A DNA stretch of 64,000 nt, taken from contig OZ116709.1 of the NCBI GenBank assembly GCA_964199315.1, positions 2,480,001 to 2,544,000 on the forward strand, written 5' to 3'. Position numbers and translations under genes: made by a program. How positions within the stretch are numbered: the first letter of the stretch is position 1; every line of letters begins with the position of its first letter. Of the stretch, positions 47,913 to 62,900 are shown in pieces. A model generated the notes under the pieces. That model was not told the origin of the DNA, ran no database searches, and saw only the letters and a program-made list of their open reading frames with translations. This DNA is from Orbicella franksi (Eukaryota).

Positions 47913-48652
47913 TAGAGAATTCATGAACGCTAGAAAAAGAACCCTTCAAGAACTAGGGTTGACTTTATTTGAGGAAATTCATTAGAACATCTACTTCCAG
48001 CACTATAGTGTATTTAAAACAGAGAGTTCTTCATGTTATTGCCATAATATGGTTGTGCAATGGTAGAAGTGGATTATTATTTTCTAAGCAATTTTTGAAA
48101 AGCTGTATGTAGTAAGCAACCTTATCTAGTGATTTTTTAATATGAAAAAAAAAATTCAGGTGGCACTCAATGAACACTTTCATGGAAATAGATATGTTAG
48201 GAATTTGATATTTTCAGCAATGTTAATCAATAAGCCAAGCTCATAAGTTTATTTAAAGCAGATGTAATATTATATAACAGTCTACAGTTAGTCATATAGC
48301 ATATGTGCTTAAAAATCACCCCTCCAAAAAATTTAGAATTAGCACAAAAGAGCCTGGAACACTAAGGCAATAACTATGTAATTAATGTAGTAAAGAAATA
48401 AGCCATTGTTATGATGTTATGTTGAAAGTAATTTTTGGAAATCAGTGTACAATATTCTCTCCAAATCTAGGGAAGCCTCAAAATGATTGTTAAACTTGAA
48501 AGTCTGAAAATCACAAAGAATAAATCAGACACCAAAAGAAACAAAGTATGGAAGATTGATCATCAATGTATTGCATGGTGTGGATTCTTTACGCAAGGTC
48601 ACTTTCTGAACCATACAAGTGTTTGAATCTTGACTTGTCAAAAAAGGTTTCA

Positions 48653-48653
<1 letters not shown>

Positions 48654-48725
<72 letters not shown>
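48654..48725. repeat. (TAA)n microsatellite, probably the tail of an adjacent minus-strand retroelement
   Basis: ~24 perfect TAA units; the source of the spurious poly-L and poly-I ORFs. Confidence 0.95.
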
Positions 48726-48726
<1 letters not shown>

Positions 48727-49366
48727 GACTTTATCATCGTGTCAATTACATCTAGTAGCAGAGAATCCCCACTGGTAATAGGGGACACCTAACTAGAACT
48801 ATCTAAAAAAGAATAGTCCTATAAGAGATATTAAAATTATGAGTTACAAAGATGGCAGCCACTACATCCATCGAGGATGTTGCTTAGACCTAGCCTCCGT
48901 ACGTGGGTCTTAAACTACTTGAGATTTATCGCCAGTCTTTCTTTATTTGTTAGTTTGCTCCATAGTTTATCCATAGTATCTACTCCATAGTATTTAATCA
49001 TTTCCTAAAACACACGAGGGTGGGTAAGGTAAAGTAAAGACACCTGGCAAAAATGTGCTGTTTATAAGAGAACACCTGAGATAAGATATTTCACTTCCCT
49101 AAGTTTTTCCTTCCTTCACAGCTACACCACAAGTCTATTTTGGAGGGAGTTGCCTTGTTATGTCAAAATAACCTTGCTTGCTGGAAGAACATTCATAAAG
49201 AAATAATCCAAGCCAGGTTAAACAAAAGCCTTGGGAGCAATGATGTGTCGCTAAGTGCATACAGAAATATTCTTGTTTCTCCATTTTTTGTTTACCCTCT
49301 GTACTCAAGATTTTTCCTTAATGCCATCCTCTCTTTTCTTCGCCATACTTGTTCATTTTTCTTTCT

Positions 49367-49531
49367 ATTCTCTACTTGCACAAATCCCATACTACACCTC
49401 TTTTGCATAATCATTGTTTGCAATTTCTCCTGGGACATGAAGATGTCCCAAAAGAAATCTAAAACAATGCCTATGCAAATGTTTTTTGGGGGTAAAAGAG
49501 GTGAAGTATGGGATTTGTGCAAGTAGAGAAT
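49367..49531. mobile_element. 165-bp palindromic MITE
   Basis: Perfect 27-bp TIRs ATTCTCTACTTGCACAAATCCCATACT / AGTATGGGATTTGTGCAAGTAGAGAAT, with further internal symmetry around GGGACATGAAGATGTCCC. Confidence 0.85.
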
Positions 49532-50907
49532 TAACATTCCACCTGGATATACCTTTCTAGCTTGGGTGTTTGTTGCCCCATTTCAGACCATGTGATGATA
49601 CTCTTGAGAATTCTCGTGTATATGAATGAATAGTTTTAAATGGACAAAAGAACAATTCTCTAGAAAATATCATGTGGTCTGTAATGGAGACAAACTACCT
49701 GGGCTGAAATGTCTATTTGCAAAAAGAAAAAAAAAAAATGCGAGGCGTTTGATGACGTCACACGAGTGTCGAAGTCTGGTTGCGTGTTGGTTCAGACTAG
49801 ATTTTTCCTTCTTTTTTAATCGAAAACCTGCTTAATATGCAACTTATGTCATTTGTATTTTTATATTTTCAGACCGTTAGTAATTGCTTGCTTCAAAGAA
49901 ATTCAGACAAACAGTGAACAAGTATGAAGGCCACGGAAATCTGGATTACCGATTTCGATATTTTTCAAAAAAAGTATTTAAAACATTGTTCTGATCATTT
50001 AACCTCACATTTTTAGAGAAAAACAGACAAAAATAGCTTAGCTATTAATGTTCACACTTTCACTTACAAAAGAAAACGCATTTGCTGTCTTGTTAACATA
50101 AATTCAAGAGATAATTTGATGCGAATTGACTAGCCTTTCTTTTCCTTTTCCAGGCGGAGAGACCGAACAAGCGAGCGAGCAAAGGAGCGCGCCTGGGGTT
50201 GCAGTAACAGTTTAACAGACGTTCATCAAAAGTGATCAACATTAAATCTCTCAGTACAATCTGATCCAGAAATTATAAGCAAACAGGTGATGAGGATAGA
50301 GAAAATCTGATCAAGTAGAGGATACAGTCTTGATCGAACACCAAATTCTCAAAACAAACCCCCCATTAATAAAATCGTCTTTGCGCCCCGGGCTTTGCGC
50401 AAACTTGTGCCTCTCAATAAAAGGGTTACAATTTGAAACAACAAATCCAAAATAATTACAGTTCTTAAAAAAGATTTGCCTGAAGTAATGTAAACATCAC
50501 TTTTATATATAATTAACGACAATATGTTCTCCTTTGTTCTTAAAGTAAAACCGCGTCTTTCGAATAAAACAAACGCGAACTGTCGCATATTTCTTCATTA
50601 GATTTTTCATTTAAATACAATAAAGCATTAATCTTACAAACGTCCGTCCAATCACATCGGAGAGTTATTGTAAATTGAGCGGACGCTGCGAGACATTTGG
50701 CATAAATTTTGTCGGCGATTTTCCTGTCACCTGTCCCGATCACCGGGTTTGGCTGCCGAAAGTCATCTAAGTTTATTATCGAGTGTTTTTTTTCCGTCGT
50801 AGCCGGTATGACCGAAGAAAAATAAACCTTGCCGCGTCAGAAAACACCAACGATTTCATAGAGGACGAGTAAGAGTCGGCATACAATCGCGAAGCTTCTC
50901 GAACAGC

Positions 50908-53900
50908 ATGGAAAGCTTACGGCTTAGAGAACGCAAGAGGTAAACACGAGTTTTATTGGCTTGATTCAAATGTAAAATCACCATTGGTAGATGGGAGTGT
51001 CACATTGTTTGATGCAAGTCGCGCTGTTCACATCTTATATTATCTTACATTCACAGAATTTTGGATTTGCCTCGAGACCCGACCGACCACAGAGATCCTT
51101 CTTTGTAAGTACATGTAAGGTAGACATAATTTTCGCATAATATTTAGTAAACGACTAACCTCTGTTCAACTCAACCTGAGTTTGAAGCAGGGCGTGTGTT
51201 ATAGTGTATTTTTTCGCGGGAATGACAAATTCGAAATCAAGCAGGTGTTGGAAGCATTTGAATTTTTAACTCTTTCTTCTTCCTTTACAACGGTACTGAT
51301 AGAATTATATTACTATATCAGAATGATTTTTAGAATCAGACAAAGCGTATTTACTCGATGAAGACATCTTTCCGTATATTTGCGTTCTCCAAAAGCTTTT
51401 AAAGACCGACATCGACGTTCATTGAAGCCATTTTTTCAGTGTATTAATCGTGCTTTATCAGCTCGTAACACAATAAACATCATACACGCCGATTTTGAGT
51501 TTGAGGACATCACCTTAGCTTAGAGCAGCTCATGAGGCTGTTTTTATAGTATTTTTTTCGACCTAGCGTTCATCGTAGTAATCAGCGTAATTTGTTTTTC
51601 ATAAGTCGGCGGTCTGTATATTTCAGAAATTGTAATATTAATTATAAAAATCTGATCTCGTCGATCAAAGTTCGTACAGTTATGTACGGAGCATGTTGCT
51701 TGGCAATATTTTATTCCTCATTTGCTATAAATCAGATTTAATGGTGATTTTATTCTCAGTCACTGTTTGGAAGCGACTACAGCAGATCAGCGACGGAGAA
51801 AATTCCATATTTTATGTTGCCCTGTTTTCATTTCAGTTGTATGCAACAATTATACCACAAAGTCATATTTAAAACATTACAAGTTGACAATGTAAGATTT
51901 TTCAATTCGCTCTAGATCTGCATGACTAGTATCCATGTAGTATTTTCAATGTGCTCAGTAAAGATTGCACGAAAGAGTATAAAAAATATCAGTGAAGTTG
52001 ATTTATGGAGTTGTTTTTTCTCCTCGTTGTTGTTTGTTTTTACTGTTGTTTTTCAAGCTGCATTTTGTTATTTAACATTTATTTACTTGATCGGAGCCAG
52101 TAAATTTTGATTTTTTTGACGAAAGTTGTCATTTTGTAACTGAGACTTACTCAAGTTTGTTCCAAATTCCAATATTTTAGGCATCTGTACAAACACACAC
52201 ACCCCAAGCGTGGGACCGATATATCAGTGCAATCAATCAATTCGCTGTAATTCTTCATTACACTACTGCACTAGCCAGGAAAAATTTACAGTCTAACCCC
52301 GTCAAGTTTGCCTATGTTAGCTAGAGCCTCAAGTGTAATATGTGCTAGGTAGTTAAATTATGTTTAGGAAATTGATGCGCACAAGATAATTTGCAACAAT
52401 CGGCCCTTCATAACTGGGAACAAATAATGACATTTTTATAATTTCAACCACTCTCGTAGTATGAGATAAGGTCACTCAGAGAAGAAATTATGAAGCTTTC
52501 AGGCCAGATACGTCAACGAGATTGTATCTCCCTTCATCTTAGTCTGGTTTCCACTTAGACAACAAATCTTTTAAATAGAGCTAACCGTAATTTGAAAATT
52601 GCAAGATCATTGAAGATGCAAAACATTCGCCCAGGCCAAGGCTAACGTTTCAAACCAAAACCTGAATAAATAAGGCTAAGTCACTCTCGTCGTTTCAGCT
52701 GGTTTAGTCGTGGCTGAACCCCGGGGGCTGAACCGAGAAAAACATGTTTGGAGTTTTTCCTTTTAGTTATGAAAATTTCAAAACTGTTATATACGCCGTT
52801 CCGTAAATCATTAGGCGACCTTATGTGCGATATGTTACGAAGAGACCGCACTGCTGGGATTAAAGTCCGAGTTTATTACAATAAGGAGTCCGGCAATCTT
52901 TAAGGAATGATTTGTGCCATGATGAGTTGAAATAGTATACCCTTAAGAGTTCACTGCTTTGTCTTTTTGTCTCATGCTTTCTTTTAAAGTCACGTCCTAT
53001 ATAAATTTATAGCATCTTTCAGTCTTTATATTTGAATTGAAAGCTTTCTTCGTCTTTGTTCGTCTTGTCTTCCTCTTCGACCGAAAAATGTTGTACGCTT
53101 GCCTCGCCATGATAGATCAAGTTGCTGATAGATTTTTGTTTCCCGGCGGAGCAATTTTGATTTTTGTTTTCATTTTCTGGGAAGAGTTCTGACGAATCTG
53201 TGGGGCGACTTACATCAAATGTTTTGTTGCTAAGCATCGAAACAAAAATAAAGGAGCGTTATGGCATGAATTATGAATGAATTTTCAGAGAAGTTTCAAT
53301 TAACGCTCAATCATTCAAATCATCGACTTTCTCTCTGAAAATCCCGAAACGTGCTTGGTGGAAAATAAAGTTTTCTTTCTTTAGCGAATTATTCTTCGAC
53401 AACGACTATATTCTAATTTTTTTAGAGGGCGAACCATCTGACTTACAGAAGTTTGCTGCGCTTGGGGCCGTTCATCAAATGCAATTCATATTTAATTTCA
53501 GGCTTTTCAGTTAGATCCGAGTACATTTCCTTGGTCAAAAACTGGAATGATCCGGTTTACATGTAGTTTTAATTTCCCAATTAACAGTGTTTTTAAAAGT
53601 TAATTTAGTGATGACGGTGATAAATACAAGATTCTACGATCTCTCCGGCAGTGTGCCAACCTTATCTTGACTTTTCTTCACATCATGGCAGGTGAAAATT
53701 CTATTTTATTGTGATGATGACAATCGGTGATTCCAAAGGTTAATAACTCAGTTACCTCATTTCCTGCTGCTATCTGTGTTGTCTTCTCCGAGTCTCATGG
53801 ACGGATCGAACTTACGATGTGACAACAAAAGTTGAGTTATAAATGTACTGAATGCAAAATCGCCGAAAAAAATATTTGTACGTTGTATATAATTTAACAA

Positions 53901-56900
53901 GGCAGTGAGCAGTTTGCCGATCGAAGTTTGAATCGAAGGGAAACTATCGTGAATACTTAGTTTAGTGGTTGTATCACTCTCAAAAAAATCACAATAATAT
54001 GCAAATGATTACGATATTTAAGTTTGAAGACAACACAATTTATTAGTTTTCATCAACTTCCGTAGGAACAAACTGTTTTCTTGCCTGGAGATTGACCATT
54101 GTTTTGCATGATAAAGACAAAGTGTTATTAGGGTCTTATCACGACCTTATCGAGAACTGAGCCGCACCCAACTTAGTTCCCAGATTCTCTCTTTTCCCGG
54201 TCTCTAGGGGTAGGAAGTGGAGAGTCCCAGGTTCCCTCTTTTCTTGGTCTCTAGGGCCAGGAAGTGGAGAGTTCCAGCTGGTGCGTTTAAAGTCTATGCA
54301 GTATGCATTTTCCAGAAGATTATTCTAACATTATATACTGCTGGTAACCGCTGGTGCCAATCGGAATGTAAGCAAGATTTCGTGATCTTACCATATCGAA
54401 GCCTTACTTGAGCGTAGCTCATGAAAAAATAAAGCTGTCGAGTTGTCGTTGTTTTTCTGTTGTCCTGATCAAATAGTCTGCATAGGACAGTCAGCCTGAA
54501 TGAAAAATTAACCAGATAAGATACCTCTTCAGATACCATTAGCTGCATGTAGAGCTTAAGCCTCGCTCCCATGCTTATCTAAAGCTTAGCCTTTCGAACC
54601 TTCCCATTGTTATCATATCAAATGTACGTCAATTACAAATAATGATAATATCAGAAAAGCGGATTGCAGCTATCAATTCAAAGAGTTTTATCTCTTTCAG
54701 GGTCGTTAGTGGATAGGATTTTCCTATAGCCGATCAGGCCCCAGCGATAATCCTTCTCAGAACAATGGAACGCATTCGGTCTGTAGCCAATTATTCACGG
54801 AAGATTTCTAAGAAGAAATAATAAACAGAACAATTAAACAGCGAGTTTTACTTCTGTGAAACTTAGCACAAAGCAAGGAAAAAGACTGGAAAAAACTATG
54901 AAAAATTTATTTCACTAAGATGCTCGATCGTTCGGTAGGAAAGTTATCATAAGATCTGTTTAAATCAAAAGCGCTTAAAATTGTGCGCGTGACCGTCACT
55001 CTTTGCTTTATTCGTACTTTGCTCACTCGGATTATTTAACGGCAAGTGAACTGTCAAGTGGTCAAGAGTCATGCAGAGAAGAAGTGAAGAATCTCTTGCT
55101 TGCTACTTACTCTGCTGGGAGCATGCGTTTTCAGTTCTGAGCAGAGAGTGTTGTTCATCCGGGATGGGAGTAGAAGCTTAAAAGAGCTCCGCCTGGAATA
55201 TATCCCCTTCCCCTCCTACCCCGTATGGGCTTAACACACTCTTGTACTGAGTCCGACAACTTACAAAGTCGGTGGAATTTATAATTGTGGAAGTTTTGAA
55301 AGCATGCAAATGATTCACTAATGCGTTTTGTTCCTCACCAAAATTTATCGTGGGCTCCATCCATCGGTATTTACAGTATTATGGTGCCTTTACGTGAAAA
55401 TATCTCTGATCTGCCAATACACCTAAACGTCCATGCACCTACCCTTTTCGATTTTTCGCGGGAACGTGAGTATCTGGGGTCAAAAAACAAGGACGTTTGT
55501 ATCATTTGTATTATGGAAAATAAGCCGTTTTTCTGGGCGGGCACGGACAACTCCCGGATTTCCTTCGGTTTTGCAACTCAGCGCGGTCACGTTCAAGGCT
55601 TTTTTGCACACAAAAATTCTAATATGTCAACGCTAATTTTAAACATCCTTTGAAAATTTAAAATAAAACCGATGACTCTACTTACACGTGGAATATTAAT
55701 CGTGGTGATCAGGTGAGCTCTATTAAGTAGACGTGACGAGTGATATACAGCCACCACATATCAGTTTTCAGTGGATCAATTTTTTTTATAGCGTCAAAGC
55801 ATAGCTCGACCTTTATGTGTTATTTCTTATCCATTCTTGATCCGTGCTGTTTGCCTCCAATGCAAATATCGTGATTTACTTTGACGGAAAACACTCTAAG
55901 GACTTTTGACCGCGCTGCCACTGTAATCTTGGTCAGCAGTTATATATTTGTCGAACCATCTGATCTGAAATGCTGGCGTTTTTCGGGGAGAGAGAACCGA
56001 GGTTAGTGTCTATTTCAGTTCTTTTCTCGTTAACCTTTCATTTGCACTGTAACTTACTTAAAGTTCTGTCATTTTAATGTCATATTTGAAAGCGGTTTGT
56101 TTGATTTCGTGTACTACAAACACAGAATCACTAAATTATTCAAAACTAATATTCGTGCAGATCTTATCGCTGGGCTTGTCGTCGTTTCGACCGATTTTTA
56201 TTCGGATTTCTCTGTTATTCTTGTCCAAAGAACCGTATTTTTTTGTGTTGTGTAGGTCAACGTTCCGATTTTCCTTATTTTACAATTGAAGATCTAAGTC
56301 TTATTGGATTTGTGGTCAAAATACAAATTGTAAGTGTAATGAGATAATAGCGCGCGTAAGATTACCGAACAACAAAACAACCTGCTATTTTCATAATTTC
56401 CCAATGTAACTGATCCATTACATTCACTTTATTGTGGTTCAATTAGATCTACAGAAATTTTAAGACCACTGGATTACTTTATGGACCAAATATAGGCATT
56501 ACATCACATCCTTCACGCGGAAAACGCAATGCACGGGGGCTTCTAGATTTCTAGAATAAGCTTGCAAAATTCAGAACATAAATTATCGAGGATAGCAGTG
56601 TTTTGAATTTGATGCCCATTTGATCACATCAGCTGTGAGATATGCTGGTTAGTCATATAAGCAAGTTCGGACTCTGTTTATTCCTGTTATGGTTGATATT
56701 TTGCTGACATGTTCAATCACAAACCACTTAAAGAATACCTCGTTCTCCCCTGTTGGTTTGTTTATGTTTTTTTTTGTTTTGTTCGAAATGTCTATAGTCT
56801 CTATAGCGAGCGTTGGAACGTAAACATGCACTTCAGTTGTGTTGCCATTGCATAATTCGTGGAACAAGGCTCCATGCTGTGCAATTGTGTTTTGTGGAAT

Positions 56901-59900
56901 GAAGGATGAGATAAGCCATGATATTTAACTACAGTAGCTTTAAAAGTTGGAATCCTTTATGATGCTTTATCCCCTTCCTATTCAAATCACGAAGAGATGG
57001 GAGGTGGCGGAAAAGGTCCCCTAGACCTTTTCAATGTTAGATAAGAATGACATTATTTACTTTTAAAAAGTAATATCTAAGTGGTTTCCGTGGGGACCCC
57101 TCCCTGGAGGTAGTCAGTAATATTATTTAATGCCATGTCAGCTTCTTAGAGTGTCCGGTTGATTATTGTCAGGTCAATCCAAGAAAATTAATGGAAAAAT
57201 TAAATTTCTCCAAAACGGAACGAGGTCGGATAACCTATATAACATCTGCCATGGCACTATTTTCCTCACGAACAAAACGTTATCAGTTTGGAAAATGTAG
57301 AGAACCAATAGTTTTTGTGCAGGCTCCAAACGGAAATATGTTGTCAGAGAAACAAGAAGTCATAGTTACTTCAGTGCATGTCTTCTGGTGTGGCGCACCA
57401 GCAAAATTCAATCAGCTTTTTTAAGCGAACGCTTCTTATTTTAAAACTAATGGATTTTTTTAATCTGAGTCACTGTAGACCTGCGTTTTGGTCATTTATC
57501 GTTTTCTTTCCTTGGCACTGTTGTCTTGGTTATCACTAGCTGCTGTAAAGTAAAGCGTTAAGAGGTACACTCTACCGTTTCGTGTTATTTGCACATGTTA
57601 TATATACGAACCAAAAGTGTAACATTGTTATGACTGTAAATGACGTTTTCCTGCGGGTTTATAATAGCCGCAGTTGCAACTTCAAACTTATTTGGCGTTG
57701 TCAAAAGAGCAGGAAACATTTTACAACAGCAGATTTGATCGAGAACAATATAAAACTTCACATGTTCCATTGTGGTCCATTGTGTTTTAATGTATGAATT
57801 GTCAAGCAGGTCATAGTTGTGTTTAGAATATCACACCAGTTAAAAACGTTATCAGATCGTTATACTAAGCCGTTGAATTCTCAAGTGGGGTCCAGAGAAA
57901 ATGAAATATTTCAGACAAGTGTTCACAAAGTAAAAGCATTTATGTCGCAAACGTGACAAACTTCACGCAATTTTAGGTGTTAAAAACAAGCTTAATTTCA
58001 CGTGTTAAAAACAAGTTTTATGCCAGTAACTTCGCAGAAAGGCATGATGGCATTCTACCAATACTAGAATGGTTATATTGTACCTTGAATATTAAAAACG
58101 TTTTAAATCGCATATAAAAGCAGTTGAATGGCAAACTTCCTGTACTTGAAACACTAACAAACAAAAACTCGTTTGGTCATGTAATCTACTGGAAAGTCGC
58201 TCGCTGATTGGTTCTTTCACAGCGTTAGATGACGTCCTTTCCGAGGCCCATCAAGTTTGGTAAGAGTTGTCGCACAAACCTCTCATTTGCATAACTCTCC
58301 TTTGTCAGCATGCATCTAGTGAAAGTTTTCAATTAACCCGCTGTCTTTCACGACTTGACCTAAGCGAAGAAGATCGACTTCGAATTTCTACTGTAAATCT
58401 GGAAGCTCAATCGCTACTTCCGTAGAAAGAGATTGGTAAGTGATACGTTCTATTTGACACCTAAAGTTTGAGGTACGCGGATAAACTTCTCAACTTCATT
58501 CAAACTGAAGTTTTCTTTGCGTTGATTAAACCTAGAATCGATTTAAACGTCATGTTTGTGTGAGAGCAGATGAAATCTACTCGTATTTAAAACTCAACCA
58601 TTGGAAGATTGCGAACGCATCCGAAATTTACGATCGCAGTACGTAACGGAAATGCGACAATAGTTCTTGAAATATTTGGTTGCATTTATCGAATAAGATA
58701 TACAGGACAGTGGCACAGTACTGGAGGTCTCTTTCAGGTGTTTTATGTGACGTATAAAGCACGCTTTCTTTTGTTTTGGATCTTGAGCGATTTACTTCGT
58801 ATGTCGTTCTCAGAAAGCAATCGAGAGACTGAATCATTTCCGCCGAACGTGCGTTACAAAAAACTAAGTATGGTCGACGCTTAGCGGTGTGGTTGCCAGA
58901 TAGACTGCCTAGGCTTATAAACAATCTTTAAGCGAGCACAAAGGCTCTTTAGAAGGGGTCTAACGTGAAAATGGTGAGCTATAATTAACAGTGTCCAGTA
59001 ACCCGGTAAAACAGTCAAAACGCACTAAAAATTATATTGGAACGCTTTGCGCTTTTGGCCTTCAGGCAACGAAACGTCCTTTACGGAGTTCACCTAAACA
59101 AAAGCGACGACGCTACGCCAGTTGAACCCATTTTGGATATGTAACTAATGTTTTCATGTCTCTTCATGCAAATGAAGGCGTCTGAAAATCCCTTAGGCGT
59201 AGATACCTTGTACGTGAACATCAAACCCATAGAAAGAGCGACGAAAGCGAAATTTTCGCTTATCCTCATAAATTGCAAAAGTATAATTTTATGACAGCAG
59301 GTTAAAAACGTTACCTCAGCTTTACTTTCGATTATGCGTATATCAAATCTAATACCTGTCACATTTATTGTCAGACAGATGCCGGAATAAAAGGTCTCAA
59401 ATGCTTTGTACACAGAACGTTCTTTCTCTGAGAAAACAATCATAAAGTTCAAAGATTTATTTTATTGCGAAAACTGAAAGCGAACGACAATTTGCCCCCA
59501 AGAAAGGATTAGCTATGAAAATGTCGCTGCAGTTGTCGAGCCTCCTTGCCGAATTTTTCACGCTCATTAATAATGTAATACCACGGTCGGTCGCACCCAA
59601 ATGGTCAAAAAATATTGGTATTGTTGTACGTTGGGTTTTGATAGGTCCTGACAAGTTACCAGGCGTGCATACAGCGAGTCAGTTTTTGATGAATGTAAAT
59701 AAGTTTTTCTCTTCGATTATTTGCATTCAGTCATCCGTATTTTTAGAAAAGTTCGACAGACAACCACAAGGGTGGATTGAAGGAAATTCAAATGAGATTT
59801 GTGCGCGCTTTCGGAAAATTTGTGTCTTTGACAACAATAATGTAGACTGGGGCTTCCGTGTGTCGATTGCGGTAACGACGGTATGGCCAAGAGAGAGGCG

Positions 59901-62900
59901 AGTTCACCACGACAAAGATTGTTTTTATTGGCGCAACTTATTTGAAGTTTATACAGACTACATCGACTGAAGTAGGGAAAGATAATTTGATGAAAGAAGC
60001 CACTACTGCATCGCTGTCAGTGTTCTCCGAACGATCTTGTCGCAGCCATATGGAACATGTCTTCCTTCTGGGAAAAATTGGCACAGCCGTAAGTAAAATT
60101 AAATATCTTCTAACGCTTTCCATTTGTACGAACGAAATATGAAAGTCAATCAATATCGACATTTCACATCGCAAAATACTGAAGTTTCTGTTTGTGTGTA
60201 TGTCGATAAAAACGCGTCATAAAATTGTAAGCCGGTGCATTTTCAAGACACATAGAGCTAGACATCAGGTGAAGTGAATATGGACCATATTCTGTACATA
60301 TGGTACCTTTTTATAATTTCATGTCAGCGATTTTCGTTTCGAAAGAAGTCAACATTAGACATGACTACACAATCGAATACCGGACGTCGAACTGTCAAGT
60401 GCCGACTCGAAGATTTTGGGCAACGAACTGACGTTTTCAATTCTTGTTCAATCTAAAAGGCAATTTTCTCGACATCTGCCCATTATACAATCGAACTGTG
60501 TCATATTATTTAGTTGTCCTGAAATCTTCACGTGTATTCCTAGATCGCACCCTAAGATCTGTTTATTTTCAAAACAAGAGATACTTTTAGCCTAACTCCC
60601 TAAAGCGTCAGAATATCATCGAGAACAAAATGTTTAAAAATTCTGTATTTCACGCAGAGAATGAAAGCGGTCCGTCTTCGTGTAATTTTCATACGCGAGA
60701 AACTTCATGCATAAATCTCATGACTACTTGGAAGCACGGTCAAAATTCACCCTCACCTCCTTTTGTGCAATATAAGAAATTACCTAAGTTCTTAAATCGT
60801 ATTGTTAAAGGTTTATTAGAGAGACATGAACACATTGCTTTAATTTGCGGTTTAAGAACTGACTATTTACATTTTTCGCTTTGCCCATAGAACTTGCCAT
60901 TCAGAATTTTTTTATTGTGCCAGAAGGCAACAGTTTTCTCGCATTTAGCTTTGGTGCAGATACTGAAGGAAGTTTCAATTTCTTTGTTGTCCAAAAATTT
61001 GAGATAAGTCTCTTGCACGACCCATTTTGACCAGAAATTAGCAATATGGGACCGTGTCGTCGACTTTTCCGGAATATAGTGTATTTCGTGTTAAGATGTT
61101 TTGATTTCAGATAAATTTTACTATATTCGCAGCGAATAAACTCGACAATAGACAAAGTAATTTCAATCTGAAAGCCTTTGTTGAATTTGGATTGTTCACT
61201 CTGTCAAAGTTATGGATCCGCTTGAGTTCCGAAAACGACAAATATACATTAGGATGTCATTATTCCTATCGAAATTATCATAAAAAATTGACGTCTTTTA
61301 CAAAAGATAGACTGTTTGAAAATTATATGCACTGGTTATTTACAAATACTACCGAGATTTGGCTTCTTTTTTGTGCATGATGTCCTCACACGCGCTATTT
61401 TGAGGGCGGGAACGATTTTAACCGCCAGAGCTTTTGTTTCCAAGCCAATTTGAAATAACACGCGTATGCAAATCTACAAATGCGTTCTCATTCAAAGATT
61501 TCACGGTTTAATTTATTTGTTTGGTTACTTCAGAAGCTTTGATCAACGTTCATTGGAGAGTTGTCTGTACGCCATTGTTTTCACTGCCCGAGCTCTTTGT
61601 TCCTGCAGTTTGGTTTTGTTCTCGTGTTTTGCTTCCACTCAACATGGATCCATTGTTAATCTAATTGAGGTATTTTTCCCCGTGTTTCCAATTCAGTTCG
61701 GCCTCAAATCGATTAAAATCTGTCCCTGTGGGAGCTCCAATTAGCGAAATTCTTTAACAACTTTGTCTTCTTCTTTCGTGAAGTTATGTCTGCTCAGTGC
61801 AGTAGCAATTTATGTAGGAGAATTGAACTTCCTCAGCTGATTAAACGCTACCATTGTCTTTTGAAGTAATTTTTAAAAATTGTTTTTTAGAATGGATCAG
61901 AAAGTATTGGCATGTTTAACAGCTTGAGTGCTTTTCATTGTTCGTCAATTGCTTGAGTTCTCTTGTTACCTTGCATAATTTATTGGTATGAACACGTACC
62001 ACAGCTTTGCAGTGTTTGTTTGCACCGTAAAGCCACTGAAACAACAAACAAAACTCTTCGCTCGAATTTTTTTCAGTTTCACGGTAACTCACCAGACCCT
62101 TAGCAGGTTTTCACATGATAACATTTGAATCTGAAAATATTTCAAAAGGAATTATCAAAAATCGAAAACCAATAGCATTTTTGCATTTGATTTTAGGCTT
62201 ACAATGGCTGGGCTCAGCTATTGGCTGCAACAGCTCGTTTAACATGCTCTCGACCAATCAAAGACAAATTTCATTCTTTACTAATCAAATACAAAACCTA
62301 CACCAATCGAGACTTAGCTGCCGGGTTTTTCCCGCGCTTTTCTGAGGTCATAATGTATACATGAAGTTGAAGGGATTAGCTATGACATAACTCTTGGTTA
62401 GTTAAAATTCTCTTCCCTAAGTATATCGAACTAACAAGTGCCATAGTTGTAGCCGTCGAACACTTTTATAGCCTTATTATAATCTCTCTGAAAACAGCAT
62501 GATTTCTAAAGAGTATTACAAAAAATCACGTCCGTAAACACGTTGACCTGTGAGCAGGTTCACGGTTAGGTAAACGAGTCGGCGAACGAAGCCGACGCGC
62601 TCTTGCGGCTTGGTCGCTCGGGTGCATGACCTGGACAAACGTGATAGTGCTCGCAGACTAAAAAAATGTTGTTGATGAGTGCAATGGCCTCGGTTAATTC
62701 TCGGAGTCACGATTTCGTTCTCGACTAGCTCTTGACCCTTCGACTGCATTTAGCGGTTTCCTTCCAGACAAAACTAATTGTTCTTGTTTTTACTCCTAGT
62801 CTTCCAGATCCATCAAGGCAAGGACGTAACGCTTCTGCCATCTTTGGGGCCAGCCCAAGTTTCGGACTATATCCGGCAGAGACTAAGCCTCAGTTCAGAC

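Noticed and set aside
59515-59970. 151-aa plus-strand ORF in the large intron
   Set aside because: Starts at a non-optimal context, has no recognisable motif or fitting splice structure, and sits in the leader region of candidate alternative exon 60057-60088.
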